Source of the DNA: Savitreella phatthalungensis
Taxonomy: Eukaryota
Length of the DNA stretch: 64,000 nucleotides
Assembly: GCA_051599415.1 (NCBI GenBank)
Contig: AP039696.1
Location: 248,001 to 312,000, forward strand
Direction: 5' to 3'
Positions 22,102 to 33,239 of the stretch are shown one piece after another. The notes beneath the pieces are model-generated. The model did not search any database and had not been told where the DNA came from. It saw only the letters and a program-made list of their open reading frames with translations. Position numbers and translations under genes: made by a program. Every line of letters starts with the position of its first letter. Position 1 is the first letter of the stretch.

Positions 22102-23847
22102 ATGGCGGCTACACGACCAGGTGGAGGCAGATCACAGAATGCTCGAGAGGACGCCGATGAGAGGAGACCTTTACTTGCGCCTGCTTCTTCAACGGGACAG
22201 CTTCAAGAACAGGATGGAATGGTCTTGCCGCCAGCAGCTTCTGGACAATCATCTCCCCCAGTCACGCACGCACACCTTGCACTCGTCATGTCTGCCATCG
22301 TCTGCAGCGCATTCCTGAATGCATTCGACCTGACAGTCATCAGCAGCATCTACCCAACCATCGGGTCTGAGTTCAAGGCGCTCAACCAGATGCCGTACGT
22401 GACCACAGCATACCTGCTCGCCAACACTGCCTTCCAGCCCATGTACGGTCGATTGAGCGACATCTTCGGACGTAAGAACACACTGCTCATGGCTCAGACG
22501 ATCTTCCTCGTCGGAACGTTGGGCTGCGGCGTCTCTCGTAATTTGTGGTCGCTCGTGCTCGCTCGTGCGATTGCCGGTGTCGGTGGTGGAGGCATCAATG
22601 TGGTCTCGGTGATTCTGCTCACAGATCTCGTGCCGGCGCGCCAGCGTGGCATTTATCAGGGGCTCGTCAACGTCGTCTTTGCGAGCGGTAGCGCGACAGG
22701 TGCGCCTGTCGGCGGCATCCTGGCAGACTCCCTCGGTTGGCGGTACGCGTTCCTCTTCCAACTGCCAGTGTGCTGCATCAACATCGCCTACGTCTTCTTC
22801 TTCCTCAAAGTGCGCGAATCCTCGCCGGACGTCGAAGCAGGCAAAGTACAGTCGATGCGCGAGAAGTTCAGACGGATCGATTTCCTTGGCGCCTTCGTTC
22901 TTGTATCCGCGGTCGCCTGCGTCATTGTCGCCACCACCATCGGCGGCAACACGAGACCGTGGTCGGATCCCCTACCGATCACACTCCTGTGCGTCGGCGC
23001 AGGGCTGATTGTAATCTTCTACCAGGTAGAAGCACGGTACGCGCGCGAGCCGATCATGCCGATCCGGCTGGTGAAAGCCCGAACGCCGCTGCTCGTCAGC
23101 CTCTGCAACCTGCTCTCCACCGCGTCGTACTTTGCCCAGATGTTCACATTGCCGCTGTTCTATCGCGCAGCCAGGCACCTGTCTGCTGCTGAAGCCGGCA
23201 AGCGATTCATCCCGCTCGCCCTCGGCGGCTGTACGGGCTCGCTCGGATCAGGACTGCTGATGGCACGCGCGGGCAAATACTACACCATCCTTGTCGTCTT
23301 CGGCCTCATCTACATGCTCGGCTCGGTCTTCACCGCGGTGTCGCTCAACCTGAACACGCCGAGCTGGCAGGAGTATGCATTCATGTTACCGCTAGGACTT
23401 GGCTTCGGTGGTCAAAACACAGCGCTCCTGATAGCACTCCTGACATCACTCCTGCCGGGAGAGATGGCCTCAGCCACAGGATCCTCCTACCTCTTCAGAT
23501 CAACCGGCTCGATCCTCGGTATCTCAGCATCCAGCAGCATGTTGAACGTCTTGCTTCTTTCCAAGCTCAGCCACTTCCTCCCAGCCGACTCAGTCGACGC
23601 AATCCGAAGAGACGTCGGAGCTATAGGTCGCGTACTCAAGGACTCGCCGGCGTTGGCTGAGCGCGTGCTGGAGAGCTACAACGAGGCAGTCCACTCGGTC
23701 CTCATGTGGTCACTCATCATTGGCCTTGCGGGCTACCTGTGCTCGCTCGGGGTAGAGGCTAAAGCACTCGGCTCAAATGCTCAGAAAGCAGTCGACGAGA
23801 ACGACCCGCGCGTGGAAGGCCCCGGAGCGAGCGCGGGTGAGCCATAG
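22102..23847 (+). CDS. 14-TM MFS transporter, DHA2 / vacuolar basic amino acid (Vba/Fnx)-like
   Basis: MFS motif YGRLSDIFGRK, plus ARAIAGVGGGG and GWRYAF, with many hydrophobic helices. The N-terminus has an acidic dileucine ERRPLL. ATG is at 22102. Confidence 0.88.
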   Translation: MAATRPGGGRSQNAREDADERRPLLAPASSTGQLQEQDGMVLPPAASGQSSPPVTHAHLALVMSAIVCSAFLNAFDLTVISSIYPTIGSEFKALNQMPYVTTAYLLANTAFQPMYGRLSDIFGRKNTLLMAQTIFLVGTLGCGVSRNLWSLVLARAIAGVGGGGINVVSVILLTDLVPARQRGIYQGLVNVVFASGSATGAPVGGILADSLGWRYAFLFQLPVCCINIAYVFFFLKVRESSPDVEAGKVQSMREKFRRIDFLGAFVLVSAVACVIVATTIGGNTRPWSDPLPITLLCVGAGLIVIFYQVEARYAREPIMPIRLVKARTPLLVSLCNLLSTASYFAQMFTLPLFYRAARHLSAAEAGKRFIPLALGGCTGSLGSGLLMARAGKYYTILVVFGLIYMLGSVFTAVSLNLNTPSWQEYAFMLPLGLGFGGQNTALLIALLTSLLPGEMASATGSSYLFRSTGSILGISASSSMLNVLLLSKLSHFLPADSVDAIRRDVGAIGRVLKDSPALAERVLESYNEAVHSVLMWSLIIGLAGYLCSLGVEAKALGSNAQKAVDENDPRVEGPGASAGEP

Positions 23848-24684
23848 AGACCATAGACACCAGGTTGGACGACATCACGATACAAACGAAACATAGACGA
23901 ACATGAGACGATCTCGAATACAAGTGGATGAATCAATCACTCTTCTCAAAAGCATTGGCCGATCATTTGTTCCTGCTGACATGACTATGGCTACGGCTGC
24001 TATCTTTGCCACGGAATCTTACGAAAGTGGCCGTATGTATTGATTGAATGATTGATCACTTCAGGCGTCGTCTCTGATGCACGTGCTCAACAGGGGTGAT
24101 CGAAGTCAGCTTATATTTTCGCACGTGTAACTCATTATCGTTCTTGTATCCGTCCAGCTACAATTGTGCTCAGATTCGAAGCTTGCTTTGCTTTTACGGT
24201 TTCTGCGATGACTACCCTTCTGACATAAATCATAATTAAGGCTCTATCCCAAATCATTTGATCTTAAAAGTCAATTTCAATCAGCCTGATATACTTCGCA
24301 TCACATATCCTTTATTCAGTTCTCCCTCCACTTTTTCTTCTGCTTTTTTCTTTCGCTTTCGCAGAATTTGAATCGTGCATTCGTAAGTCAGCCGACAGGA
24401 AGATGCACGAATCTGAGTCAAGCTAAAATTTAGCGCACAATGCAGCATCCAGTAGTCACCCCCGTCTATCCATCCATACCTCCATCCATATCGACGCTCC
24501 ATCACCACCTAACTGATCCCCTCCAAGCGCTCACTCGAAAGGCTCAGCCAATATTGACACAGTGCTTCCTCGTACTAGTCAGCCTGGTCATCGGTTGTTC
24601 TCTCACTGTATATTTCTACTACTCCCTTCAGAGAGTTTGGAGAACTAGACGACTTTGGAGCGCGTGACGCGTTGATCCATACCA

Positions 24685-27600
24685 ATGTCGCAGGACATCA
24701 AGCCAGATTCGGCTCAACAAGCCGAGCAGACTGCCACAGACGACTCACTCGCAGTTCCACTTCCAGTTCCACTTGACTCGGACGATGTTCACATCGACGA
24801 CGAGTCTGCTGGAATGAAGCAGATCAAACCTGAAGATGCAGCCCCAGGTTTCACTTCCGCATCCACGGATGCACAAACTTCCGTCGATGTTGGTATCCCC
24901 GTCCCGAACGAGGACACAATGTATGAAGAAGAAGTAGAGGACGACGATGCTGATATGGCCGATGAGTCTGCGAATCTCAACGGTGCACCTGCCGAGGGTT
25001 CCGCCCCGCTTCCCACCAATGGGACCGGCAGGAAGCCAGGACCCGGCCGTAAGCCGAAGGCTAAGGGATCAGCACCCGGCCGCAGGAACGCACCGCGAGC
25101 TCGACCTGAGCCAGCTACACCAACACAAAATCCAGCGCAATCCCGGGCGACGAGAACACCAAAAGGTGAAGCTGTCCCACAGCAGCCAATCATTCTCGGC
25201 AACCTCCGTTTCATCGAGAACCTTGTCACGACCGGCGGCGAGCCTGGCCTTGCCGTTCCGGCCACCATCGACCCAGTCCGGTACAAGCAGGAGTGCGAGG
25301 AGGCAGCGATCGCTTCGCGCCTCTCGCCTACACAACTTTCCTCGGCAGAACTCGACTTGTTCGGCCGTGCACTCGGTCCCAACAACCACAAGCTCTACCT
25401 TGAGATGCGAAATGCCATCCTCCGGTTGTGGGTCAAGAACACCAAGATCTGGGTGGGCGAGCGAGAGGCGAAGGGCGTTGCCGCCGAAGAACACCACATG
25501 CGCCTTTGCAGCGCAATCTGGGAATTCTTGACGCGTCACGGATACATCAACTTCGGTTGCGTGACACTTCCGTCGCCTGGTCCACCGAGTCGTGCGCCTT
25601 CGCGCGAACGCGTCGTCGTCGTCATCGGTGCCGGTATCGCCGGTCTTTCAGCCGCACGCCATCTCGAGGGTCTGTTCCGTCAATTCGAGTTCAAGCTTCC
25701 GTCGCGCTACCGCGTGCGAATCGTCGAAGCCAATGAGCGCATCGGTGGTCGCGTCCACTCCTACCAATTCCAGACCGTCGAAGAGGGTCGCGTCGACCTC
25801 GGCGCCCAAATTGTCACGGGCTTCTCTCGTGGCAACCCGCTCAACGCCATAATTCGTGAACAGCTCGAGCTTCCGTTCCACTCGCTGACACGTGCGCGCA
25901 ACGATGCGATCTACCTCTCAACGGGTCAGCGCGCCTCGACTGCTGACGATGACCGCGCTCAAGGTCTGTTCAACCTTCTGCTGGAGATTGCGGCCAAGTT
26001 CCGAGTAACACAGGAGCAGCAGGTCCTTGCAGACCTTGCAGCTGTTGACGGTAGTGCTGTCGGTCAGGACGAGCACAAGGCCGCGCCCTACGCAGACAAG
26101 CTGCTCGGCGTAACGAAGACATCAGGCACGAAGGCAGCCGATCTCATCGCTGCCGACCCGCTCGCAACTTTACGCAATCTCGGCTTCGACATCCCCGCGG
26201 ATGCGGTGATGCCGGAGATCACTGAGGCACCCACACTCGGCGCAACCATGGCCAAAGCTCTTCAGCAGCTCGAGACCCTCATTCAGCTCACTGCCGCACA
26301 GCGTGAGCTCCTTGACTGGCAATGGGCCAACATGGAGTACGCTTGCGGCACAAACCTCGACTCGCTCTCGCTCGCTCACTGGGATCAAGACGATGGCAAT
26401 GAGTTCGAAGGTCACCACGCCATGATCATCGGTGGCTACTCCCAGCTTGCGCGCAACCTCGCGCTTGCACCGACTAAAATCGAACTCAAGACTGGTGCTC
26501 AAGTGTCCCGTATTACCGAAGGCGGCGTGCTATTGAGTGACGGCGAGGCTATCGCAGCTGACCGTGTCGTCGTAACAAGCTCCCTCGGCGTGCTCAAGGC
26601 TGGCGATATTGAGTTCGACCCACCGCTTCCTGAATGGAAGCTCAATGCCATTCGAAAGCTCGGATTCGGCCTTCTCAACAAGGTCGTCCTCGTTTACGAC
26701 GAGCAGTTCTGGGACAATGACAGCGACATGATCGGCCACTGTCCGCAGAACGGTGCCCCGGGCTCCACTCGTGGACGCTTCTACGTCTTCTGGAACTGTA
26801 CGGAGGCTGCACAGCGACCCACGCTCGTTGCCCTCATGGCTGGTGACGCGGCATTTGAATGTGAGACCGCTACGGAGACAGAGCTCGCCGCTGAGGCCAC
26901 AGACATCCTTAGCAGCATCTACCCAGGCAAAGCACCTCTGCCGACACCACGAGAGACCATCGTCACTCAATGGGCTGCAGACCCTTTCGCCAAGGGTTCA
27001 TACTCTTTCGTCGGCCCAGAGGCCACAGGAGCCGACTACGATGCCATGGCAAAGCCTGTGGGCGAGCGTGTCTTCTTCGCCGGCGAAGCCTGCTGCCGGA
27101 CACATCCCTCGACGGTCCATGGAGCCTATCTGTCTGGCCTGAACGCGGCGCGCATGGTCTTCGACACCGTGGCCGGTGCCCAGCGTGTCACCGCCGGCGG
27201 CAAAGATCCGCTTCTACCGGGAGGCAACAAGTACGTCGGTGACAGCTTCCTGGCGACGCCCGTCGCCGGTCGCCAGATCACAGCAGCAGACCTATCTGCT
27301 GATGACAGTGCCAGCGTCGACGGTCAGGACGACGACGACGATGACGCAGAAGACGACGACGATGACGATGACAGCAGCGTCGTCGGTGGCAAGCGGAAGC
27401 GCGGAAGGCCCAGCCGCGGAGGACGGAAGAACGGCACGTCTGGCAAATCGAAGCGTGCGCGCAAGTCGATGGGCGGCCTCGATGCTTCAGGTGCACCTCT
27501 TCAGCCTCCTCCGCCGTCACCGCAATTCCCCAAGTTTCAGGGCGACCCCGACAGTGTCGAAGGCATCAAGCTACAGCTGTCTGATATCGACAAGCTGCGC

Positions 27601-28494
27601 GAGCACGAACGTGAGCTCAAGGTCACCACACTTGCCGAGGCAGAAATGGGAGGACCTCGTCCGCCACCGCCGAAGAAGCCTCGTCTCAATCCTTACCTGA
27701 CCTACCTGCGAGACTCCTGGGACCAGTGTCGAGCAGTTAGTGACGAAGAGCAACGCGACGCTCTGCGCAGGCAAGGTGCTTCGGCGGCCGCCATCGACGC
27801 GTGCAAGGCCACGAAGAACCAGATCCGTGCAACGGTCGGTCGCATGTGGCGAGAGCTGCCACTCGAGGGAAAGAAGCCATGGCTGGACCTCATGGACAAG
27901 ATGAAGTCAGACTACGATGTAGCGAAAGTCGAGTATGACGCGTCTTGCTCCGGCTGGGAGGAAGCCGCGAAGAAAGCCCGCAAGCAATTTGACGACGCTG
28001 TCGCAGACGAGCTTGCCGGCAGAGTGCAACCGCACGAGCGCATCCACGTCAGTGACGACGAGCTAGAGCTTCGAGCGAAGCTTGGCCGCATGCGTCAGGA
28101 GAATCGGAAGAAGCGCCGGTCTGACGTCCACGTAGGCGCCTCCACAGGCTCTAACCCGAGCGGCATGGATGATTCCCTTACGTCCGTCTCTGGTCTTCAC
28201 CACGACGCCGCACCGTCCCACGACCCCATGGAACCCTATCGACCTGCGTCCTCTCTCGACGACCAACGCGGTGTCGAAGCTGCCGCTGCCGCTCTGACAG
28301 CCTTTGAGCCCACGCTCACGCCCCACCACGACCACCTCGCACCTCACCATCACCACCCACACGCCTACCCCCACCCGCACCACATGCTCCCACACGACCC
28401 GTCCTTGGCCATGCAGCAGCACAACCACCATCAAGCCGCCCAACCGCACGAGCCAGAACCACCACAGCTCGACCCACGACTTAGCGCTGATTGA
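24685..28494 (+). CDS. LSD1: LSD1/KDM1-type lysine-specific histone demethylase (SWIRM + FAD amine oxidase + HMG-box-like domain)
   Basis: SWIRM region (YLEMRNAILRLW...FLTRHGYINFG), then VIGAGIAGL, RIGGRV, DLGAQIVTG, WQWANMEYAC and GFGLLNKV (catalytic Lys present). FFAGEA..HPSTVHGAYLSG closes the oxidase domain. An HMG-like segment follows (PKKPRLNPYLTY...GRMWREL). Confidence 0.92.
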   Translation: MSQDIKPDSAQQAEQTATDDSLAVPLPVPLDSDDVHIDDESAGMKQIKPEDAAPGFTSASTDAQTSVDVGIPVPNEDTMYEEEVEDDDADMADESANLNGAPAEGSAPLPTNGTGRKPGPGRKPKAKGSAPGRRNAPRARPEPATPTQNPAQSRATRTPKGEAVPQQPIILGNLRFIENLVTTGGEPGLAVPATIDPVRYKQECEEAAIASRLSPTQLSSAELDLFGRALGPNNHKLYLEMRNAILRLWVKNTKIWVGEREAKGVAAEEHHMRLCSAIWEFLTRHGYINFGCVTLPSPGPPSRAPSRERVVVVIGAGIAGLSAARHLEGLFRQFEFKLPSRYRVRIVEANERIGGRVHSYQFQTVEEGRVDLGAQIVTGFSRGNPLNAIIREQLELPFHSLTRARNDAIYLSTGQRASTADDDRAQGLFNLLLEIAAKFRVTQEQQVLADLAAVDGSAVGQDEHKAAPYADKLLGVTKTSGTKAADLIAADPLATLRNLGFDIPADAVMPEITEAPTLGATMAKALQQLETLIQLTAAQRELLDWQWANMEYACGTNLDSLSLAHWDQDDGNEFEGHHAMIIGGYSQLARNLALAPTKIELKTGAQVSRITEGGVLLSDGEAIAADRVVVTSSLGVLKAGDIEFDPPLPEWKLNAIRKLGFGLLNKVVLVYDEQFWDNDSDMIGHCPQNGAPGSTRGRFYVFWNCTEAAQRPTLVALMAGDAAFECETATETELAAEATDILSSIYPGKAPLPTPRETIVTQWAADPFAKGSYSFVGPEATGADYDAMAKPVGERVFFAGEACCRTHPSTVHGAYLSGLNAARMVFDTVAGAQRVTAGGKDPLLPGGNKYVGDSFLATPVAGRQITAADLSADDSASVDGQDDDDDDAEDDDDDDDSSVVGGKRKRGRPSRGGRKNGTSGKSKRARKSMGGLDASGAPLQPPPPSPQFPKFQGDPDSVEGIKLQLSDIDKLREHERELKVTTLAEAEMGGPRPPPPKKPRLNPYLTYLRDSWDQCRAVSDEEQRDALRRQGASAAAIDACKATKNQIRATVGRMWRELPLEGKKPWLDLMDKMKSDYDVAKVEYDASCSGWEEAAKKARKQFDDAVADELAGRVQPHERIHVSDDELELRAKLGRMRQENRKKRRSDVHVGASTGSNPSGMDDSLTSVSGLHHDAAPSHDPMEPYRPASSLDDQRGVEAAAAALTAFEPTLTPHHDHLAPHHHHPHAYPHPHHMLPHDPSLAMQQHNHHQAAQPHEPEPPQLDPRLSAD

Positions 28495-28701
28495 GTGGTC
28501 AACCAACCTCCCCCCGGGCAATCGAACATCAGAATCATATCACCATCACATCCTATTCCATACGCTAGCGTCTGTACACGTTTTCTTCATTCCACAATTC
28601 TTCAGCTAACTCATGATGCACACTACATTGACTTTTAGCATGACATCACATCGCAGATTCGAGCGAGGGAGGATGGTGATTGTGCATGAAGTTCATTATA
28701 T

Positions 28702-30645
28702 CTACATCATCATATCATCGTCATCGTCGTCTTCATCACTCTCCTCCTCGTCATCGTCGTCGTCGTCGAGACCAGTCCATTCGACGTAGTAGGGCTCTAT
28801 GTAAGGGCTCGAGAGGTTGAGCCTGAAAGGGTCGAATGGGAAGTATCCATCGATTTCGAGGTGGTTTTGAGTTTTTGTGCGATTGTTGTGAGCGATGAGG
28901 GGCGCGCAGTAGACGAGTCCGTGGGTGTAAGCGAATTTGGAGAACTCTGCGACGACGGCGGCATTGCAGTGTCTAAGCGGGTTGAGACGCCGGTGGTAGA
29001 CCGCACGCTCCACAGTCGCCTGAAGTCCAGAGCACCACGGAGACCGCATCGGATCCTCAGGCTCGACCTCATCGTCCAATCCACGCAGCGTCCTGTGTCG
29101 GAAGCAGAAGATGTAGAACAGGGCCTGGCACATGGAGTAGAAGACGCCGTGGCGCGCGGTCGCGTTCGCATCACGACCGCCTAGCGAGGTGGCATGGTGG
29201 GAAGCTGATGAGGACGTGACAGACGAGCCTTCTGGAAGGAGTGAATTCCTCAGTGCCTCGTTCTGGTCGACGGTGTCGATGTAGTCGTTCAGCCAATTGG
29301 CGAGCACACTGACGAGCATGCGAATCGTCTGGCGCGTCAGCGTCTTTGCGCGGGCGGTGAACGATCCAATGTACGCAGCGGCAATCATGCGCTGTGTCGC
29401 TGGACGACTCGTGTCCATTGCGTTCGACATGATGCAGCCGAGAAAATCATCGATGAAGACCGGTTGCTTTTGAGCCGCCCAGAAGAGGATGAATTGCGTG
29501 TAGCGACTCTGGTAAGTCCGCAGGATTGTCTGGTCGAGACCAATGAGCAGGGCGCCAAAGGTATCCTGCATGCGTGTCATGCCAAATACGAGCTTGCTGT
29601 CATCAAAGATGCCAGACAGATGACGAAGGATGACTGCGAGGACATGGTCGAGCTTCCGGACATTGTCGCGAATAGCGTCAAGGGTCATATTCGTCAGTGT
29701 CATTTCGACTTCCACATCTGAATCATCGTCATCAGCAATCGCAACAGTGTCGATGCTTGTAGTTTGAGGATTGAATGCTGCATCGTCTTCGTCATCATTA
29801 AGTTTGTCATCGTCCTCATCATCGTCAGAGAGCTCCTCTCTTTTAGCAGGCCTGTTGTCAGACGTGAAAGCCTGATCAACGTCCTCCATGTCTTCAAGTT
29901 CGACCTGTATTTCCACATCGATAGAGATGATTTTGTCGATGATGACAGCAATGACTGCGGCCTCGATATCTGGGATGTACAGCGTCAACTTCAGCAAGTT
30001 CTCGATGAAAGTTGTCTGGGCTAGCGTCTTCTCCGATTTGTGCGGAAACTCGGCTAGAAGCACAGGAACCAGGCTTTCCTTCGCTACTGGCACTAGCGAC
30101 AGGATATGTGAAAGGCATGAGTGGACGCGGGCATGCATAGTCTCCCGCGATACGATCTTGTGGCTGGGCAATTGACCTACTGACGAATGTATGAGCGTCA
30201 AGTTGCGGGCGAGCATCTGTATGACAAGGGTAGCGAAGTCCGCGTGTGCAGTGACGAGACTCCCGAGGAAATGGGCGTAGACGGCGACGAACCGGTCAGA
30301 ACGACCAAGCCAATTCATGTCGATGATGCTGCGCACCAGTGAGATGGCTGATCTGTCGAGGTAACTGATTTGCTGCGTAAGTGCATAGAGGAGGAGCTGG
30401 AGCTGGTCTGATGTCGGTGCTTGAGCATCATTCACCTTAAGAACAAAGCTTCGCTGGAGCTCATCGAAACGAACATCGTTTCCCTGGGCACGCTGTCGGA
30501 AGGCTTCTTGTACCACCTCCTGAGTAATGCGCCGGCGGAATTTGAGATCGGACATGGCGTCGCCGGCAGGCAAGTCTGGTTTCACTTGCAGCGGTTGCAA
30601 CTGCGCCGGATCTTGAGGAGGAGGGCGTGCAGTTGCGGCGACCAT
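28702..30645 (-). CDS. RRN3: RNA polymerase I transcription initiation factor Rrn3
   Basis: FPHKSE, IISIDVEIQ, KLDHVL, SRYTQFILFW, AAAYIGSFTARAK, FYSMCQALFYIFCFR, LNPLRHC and YFPFDP. Confidence 0.95.
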   Translation of the reverse strand: MVAATARPPPQDPAQLQPLQVKPDLPAGDAMSDLKFRRRITQEVVQEAFRQRAQGNDVRFDELQRSFVLKVNDAQAPTSDQLQLLLYALTQQISYLDRSAISLVRSIIDMNWLGRSDRFVAVYAHFLGSLVTAHADFATLVIQMLARNLTLIHSSVGQLPSHKIVSRETMHARVHSCLSHILSLVPVAKESLVPVLLAEFPHKSEKTLAQTTFIENLLKLTLYIPDIEAAVIAVIIDKIISIDVEIQVELEDMEDVDQAFTSDNRPAKREELSDDDEDDDKLNDDEDDAAFNPQTTSIDTVAIADDDDSDVEVEMTLTNMTLDAIRDNVRKLDHVLAVILRHLSGIFDDSKLVFGMTRMQDTFGALLIGLDQTILRTYQSRYTQFILFWAAQKQPVFIDDFLGCIMSNAMDTSRPATQRMIAAAYIGSFTARAKTLTRQTIRMLVSVLANWLNDYIDTVDQNEALRNSLLPEGSSVTSSSASHHATSLGGRDANATARHGVFYSMCQALFYIFCFRHRTLRGLDDEVEPEDPMRSPWCSGLQATVERAVYHRRLNPLRHCNAAVVAEFSKFAYTHGLVYCAPLIAHNNRTKTQNHLEIDGYFPFDPFRLNLSSPYIEPYYVEWTGLDDDDDDEEESDEDDDDDDMMM

Positions 30646-31278
30646 GAGGTGAAGATTCGCTGCTTTGGGTCCAGTTTTCTCAACAGGGCTGAATGTATGA
30701 GTGCTCGCGTGGAAGTTGCGGAAAGGTCAGGGACGAATCATTGGATTGCGTAGATGAGTGGTAACAAAGACTGTCGACCAAGAGCAGTCAAGGGAGGACT
30801 TGACGAAGCTCTTGCGTTCAAGCGTAAGCTCACCCTTTCTTCACCCAAAGCGCTTCAAGAGCAGAAAAGGACTATCAGGCAGAACAGAGCTTTTGATCCT
30901 GGTGATGTGCCTAGCTCCAGGTTGTGGATGATGTGATCCTACTGGTATCGTCCGGTGCGTGCATACAGTTTTTTTTTTCTGTCTTCTTTTGATCACTCCG
31001 CATAAACAGTTGGATGCATGGTCAAAAAATTCAGATTGAGCTCATGAGTCTACGAGCCTTTTAAAAAGTACTGGGGACTTTTATATTAATAATTAAATTT
31101 TGTCAGATTAGGCTGGATCTTCAATTAATTCAATGAGGTGGATACTTGGTGGTATGAGAAATTGATTGATATTCGACCTCGAGCTATACCAATGCAACGA
31201 CCACTTCTGCATCTACGTACAGCCTTGCACTTAGTGAATGTTTGCCTCCCTTGTCTCCTCCAGATCTGTCCTAGTGGG

Positions 31279-31355
31279 TCAAGTCCTCAGTGTATCAAGT
31301 CCTCAGTGTATCAAGTCGTCAGTGTATCAAGTCGTCAGTGTATCAAGTCGTCAGT
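31279..31355. repeat. 16-bp tandem minisatellite TCAAGTC(C/G)TCAGTGTA, about 4.8 copies
   Basis: Units start at 31279, 31295, 31311, 31327 and 31343. The first two have C and the last three have G at the variable site. Confidence 0.92.
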
Positions 31356-33239
31356 TGTCCAACATAGAGCATAGGCTGATATGCATGCACACTGCTCAGC
31401 ATGGTCTGTCCGTGTTGCAGTCCAGAGAGATGAGCATGCGAGCTGTGCCATGGGGTATAGAGTGCATACACAAGCTAGTGTACACGGACTAGCTATGATT
31501 CAGATGTATGAGCAAGCTTCAATGCAGGATACCAGCCAGAAAGACATTATACAAATCGTGAGCTCGACGGTGCTTGAGTTCGCACCACTATAGGGTCTCC
31601 TGCCAACTGCGAGTCACTTGCAGTGAAGTCACCACTCAAACCATCACGGCAAGCGCTCCTTGTCAATCTGTAGTATCACATTAATTTGCCCGAGGCTGCC
31701 ATTCGGAATAGCCAGGTTCTGCATAGCAAGCTGTCCGCTACCTTTTCGATAGAGCATGATCCTTCAAGAATGGCCATGCATCAGGAGGTCTCATGCATCA
31801 GAGGCAGCAGCAGCGCGGCGTGCACGGCTCTCTAGCAAAGCCTCCTTCTTCTCTTGCAAAAGGACCTTCTGTCGCTGCTCAGCGCTGCAAAAAGAGTCAG
31901 TCATGCAAACTTGATCACCATCAGGACCGCTTACTTGTAGAGGTAATAACCTACACCGCCAAAGACCGCTGCATATACGCCAGTGACGTGGAGAGCTTGG
32001 GCAGCCTGTCAGTATCTGTTCTTCGTATGGCGCTTCGTCCTGTCAATAGTCCTTACTCTCAGTCTGAGACTTGCGCTGAAGTGCGAGCTGGAAAGAGCGC
32101 GTCAGCATTCCAAAAGCCGACCAGCCGGCAAGATTTGCGAGGAGAGACTGGAAAGCAGGAGTCAGTCATGGGCTGTTATTTAGAAAGGACGAAAGGCAGT
32201 TCATGCCACAACATACCATGTCTCTGCCGGTATTGGAGGTGTTTTGCGTGAGCTGACGATCGAGCTCTTTTTGATGAGGACGAAGTTGATCAGACCTGTC
32301 GCTTATACTACCTTGAATACAATGGGCCTGCTAATAGTAGGACAGCCTATTGAGTGCGCTCACTGCACTCACTCACTTGAACGGTGCTCGTTAATCCAGC
32401 AGCCTTGCTCGAGCGTGATCGATGTTCGTCGGGCTCTGCATGTTGTTGCAAAGGAAAATGTGCAAAGCACGTGTCCTGGATCGCAAATATGCTTTCCAAA
32501 CCTGGAACACGTGCTTTACAGGACTCTCGTCGCGATCACATTATCTGCGAGGAAGTATACATCCACCATAATACCCTTGCAGTACGTATGCGCAGTCAAC
32601 GGCATATACTTACCGTGCGTCCAACGAACAGTGGTCTAGCAATCGAGCAAACCTGTCATCCAGGTAAGGCAGTAAATGGACCGATATAGTAGACATGGTA
32701 TAACATTTGAGCACACGCATCCTACGTAGCTATATAACAGATCTATTCTCTGGAAACATATTCCTAAAGACTGGTCGCGAGCATATATCTACTAGTACTA
32801 AATCTAAGTCATGCATCCATAAGGGCAACCTTTGCACGCACGTGCATTGTTCCCCATTCCATCTCCTTGATCAGAGGATAGCTTTCCAGATCGAAGCTTA
32901 AATGGTACCAAGCACCATACACGCGTAATATTGGCACCAGCTAGCGTCTGACTGAACACAACCCACGCTGGCACGCATCCATTCACCTTCACCTTGGCAG
33001 ACAAGTACACGCATTGCGTTATCGGTTCGGCCGACAATCTTGAAGCTAGGCTGTCGATATATATAGATCGATCACGCTTGCTGGCAGTTGTCATATCGAG
33101 GACATTTCTGCCGTCCGTGCGCAAGCTCGGGTCGCTCGATAGAGCACGTAAGCCTTCAGGCATGCATGCGTAACTGCATTTTCATTCTATATCCTGCACG
33201 CTCCAGCATTCTTTCATTTGTGCTGCGACGACTTACAAA

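Noticed and set aside
31279..31355. Tandem repeat as a possible CRISPR array or telomere seed
   Set aside because: The units are contiguous with no spacers, the context is eukaryotic, and there is no G-rich telomere-like strand.
32605..32620. atacttacc resembling the 5' end of U1 snRNA
   Set aside because: The following sequence does not resemble U1. It is better read as a minus-strand splice donor.
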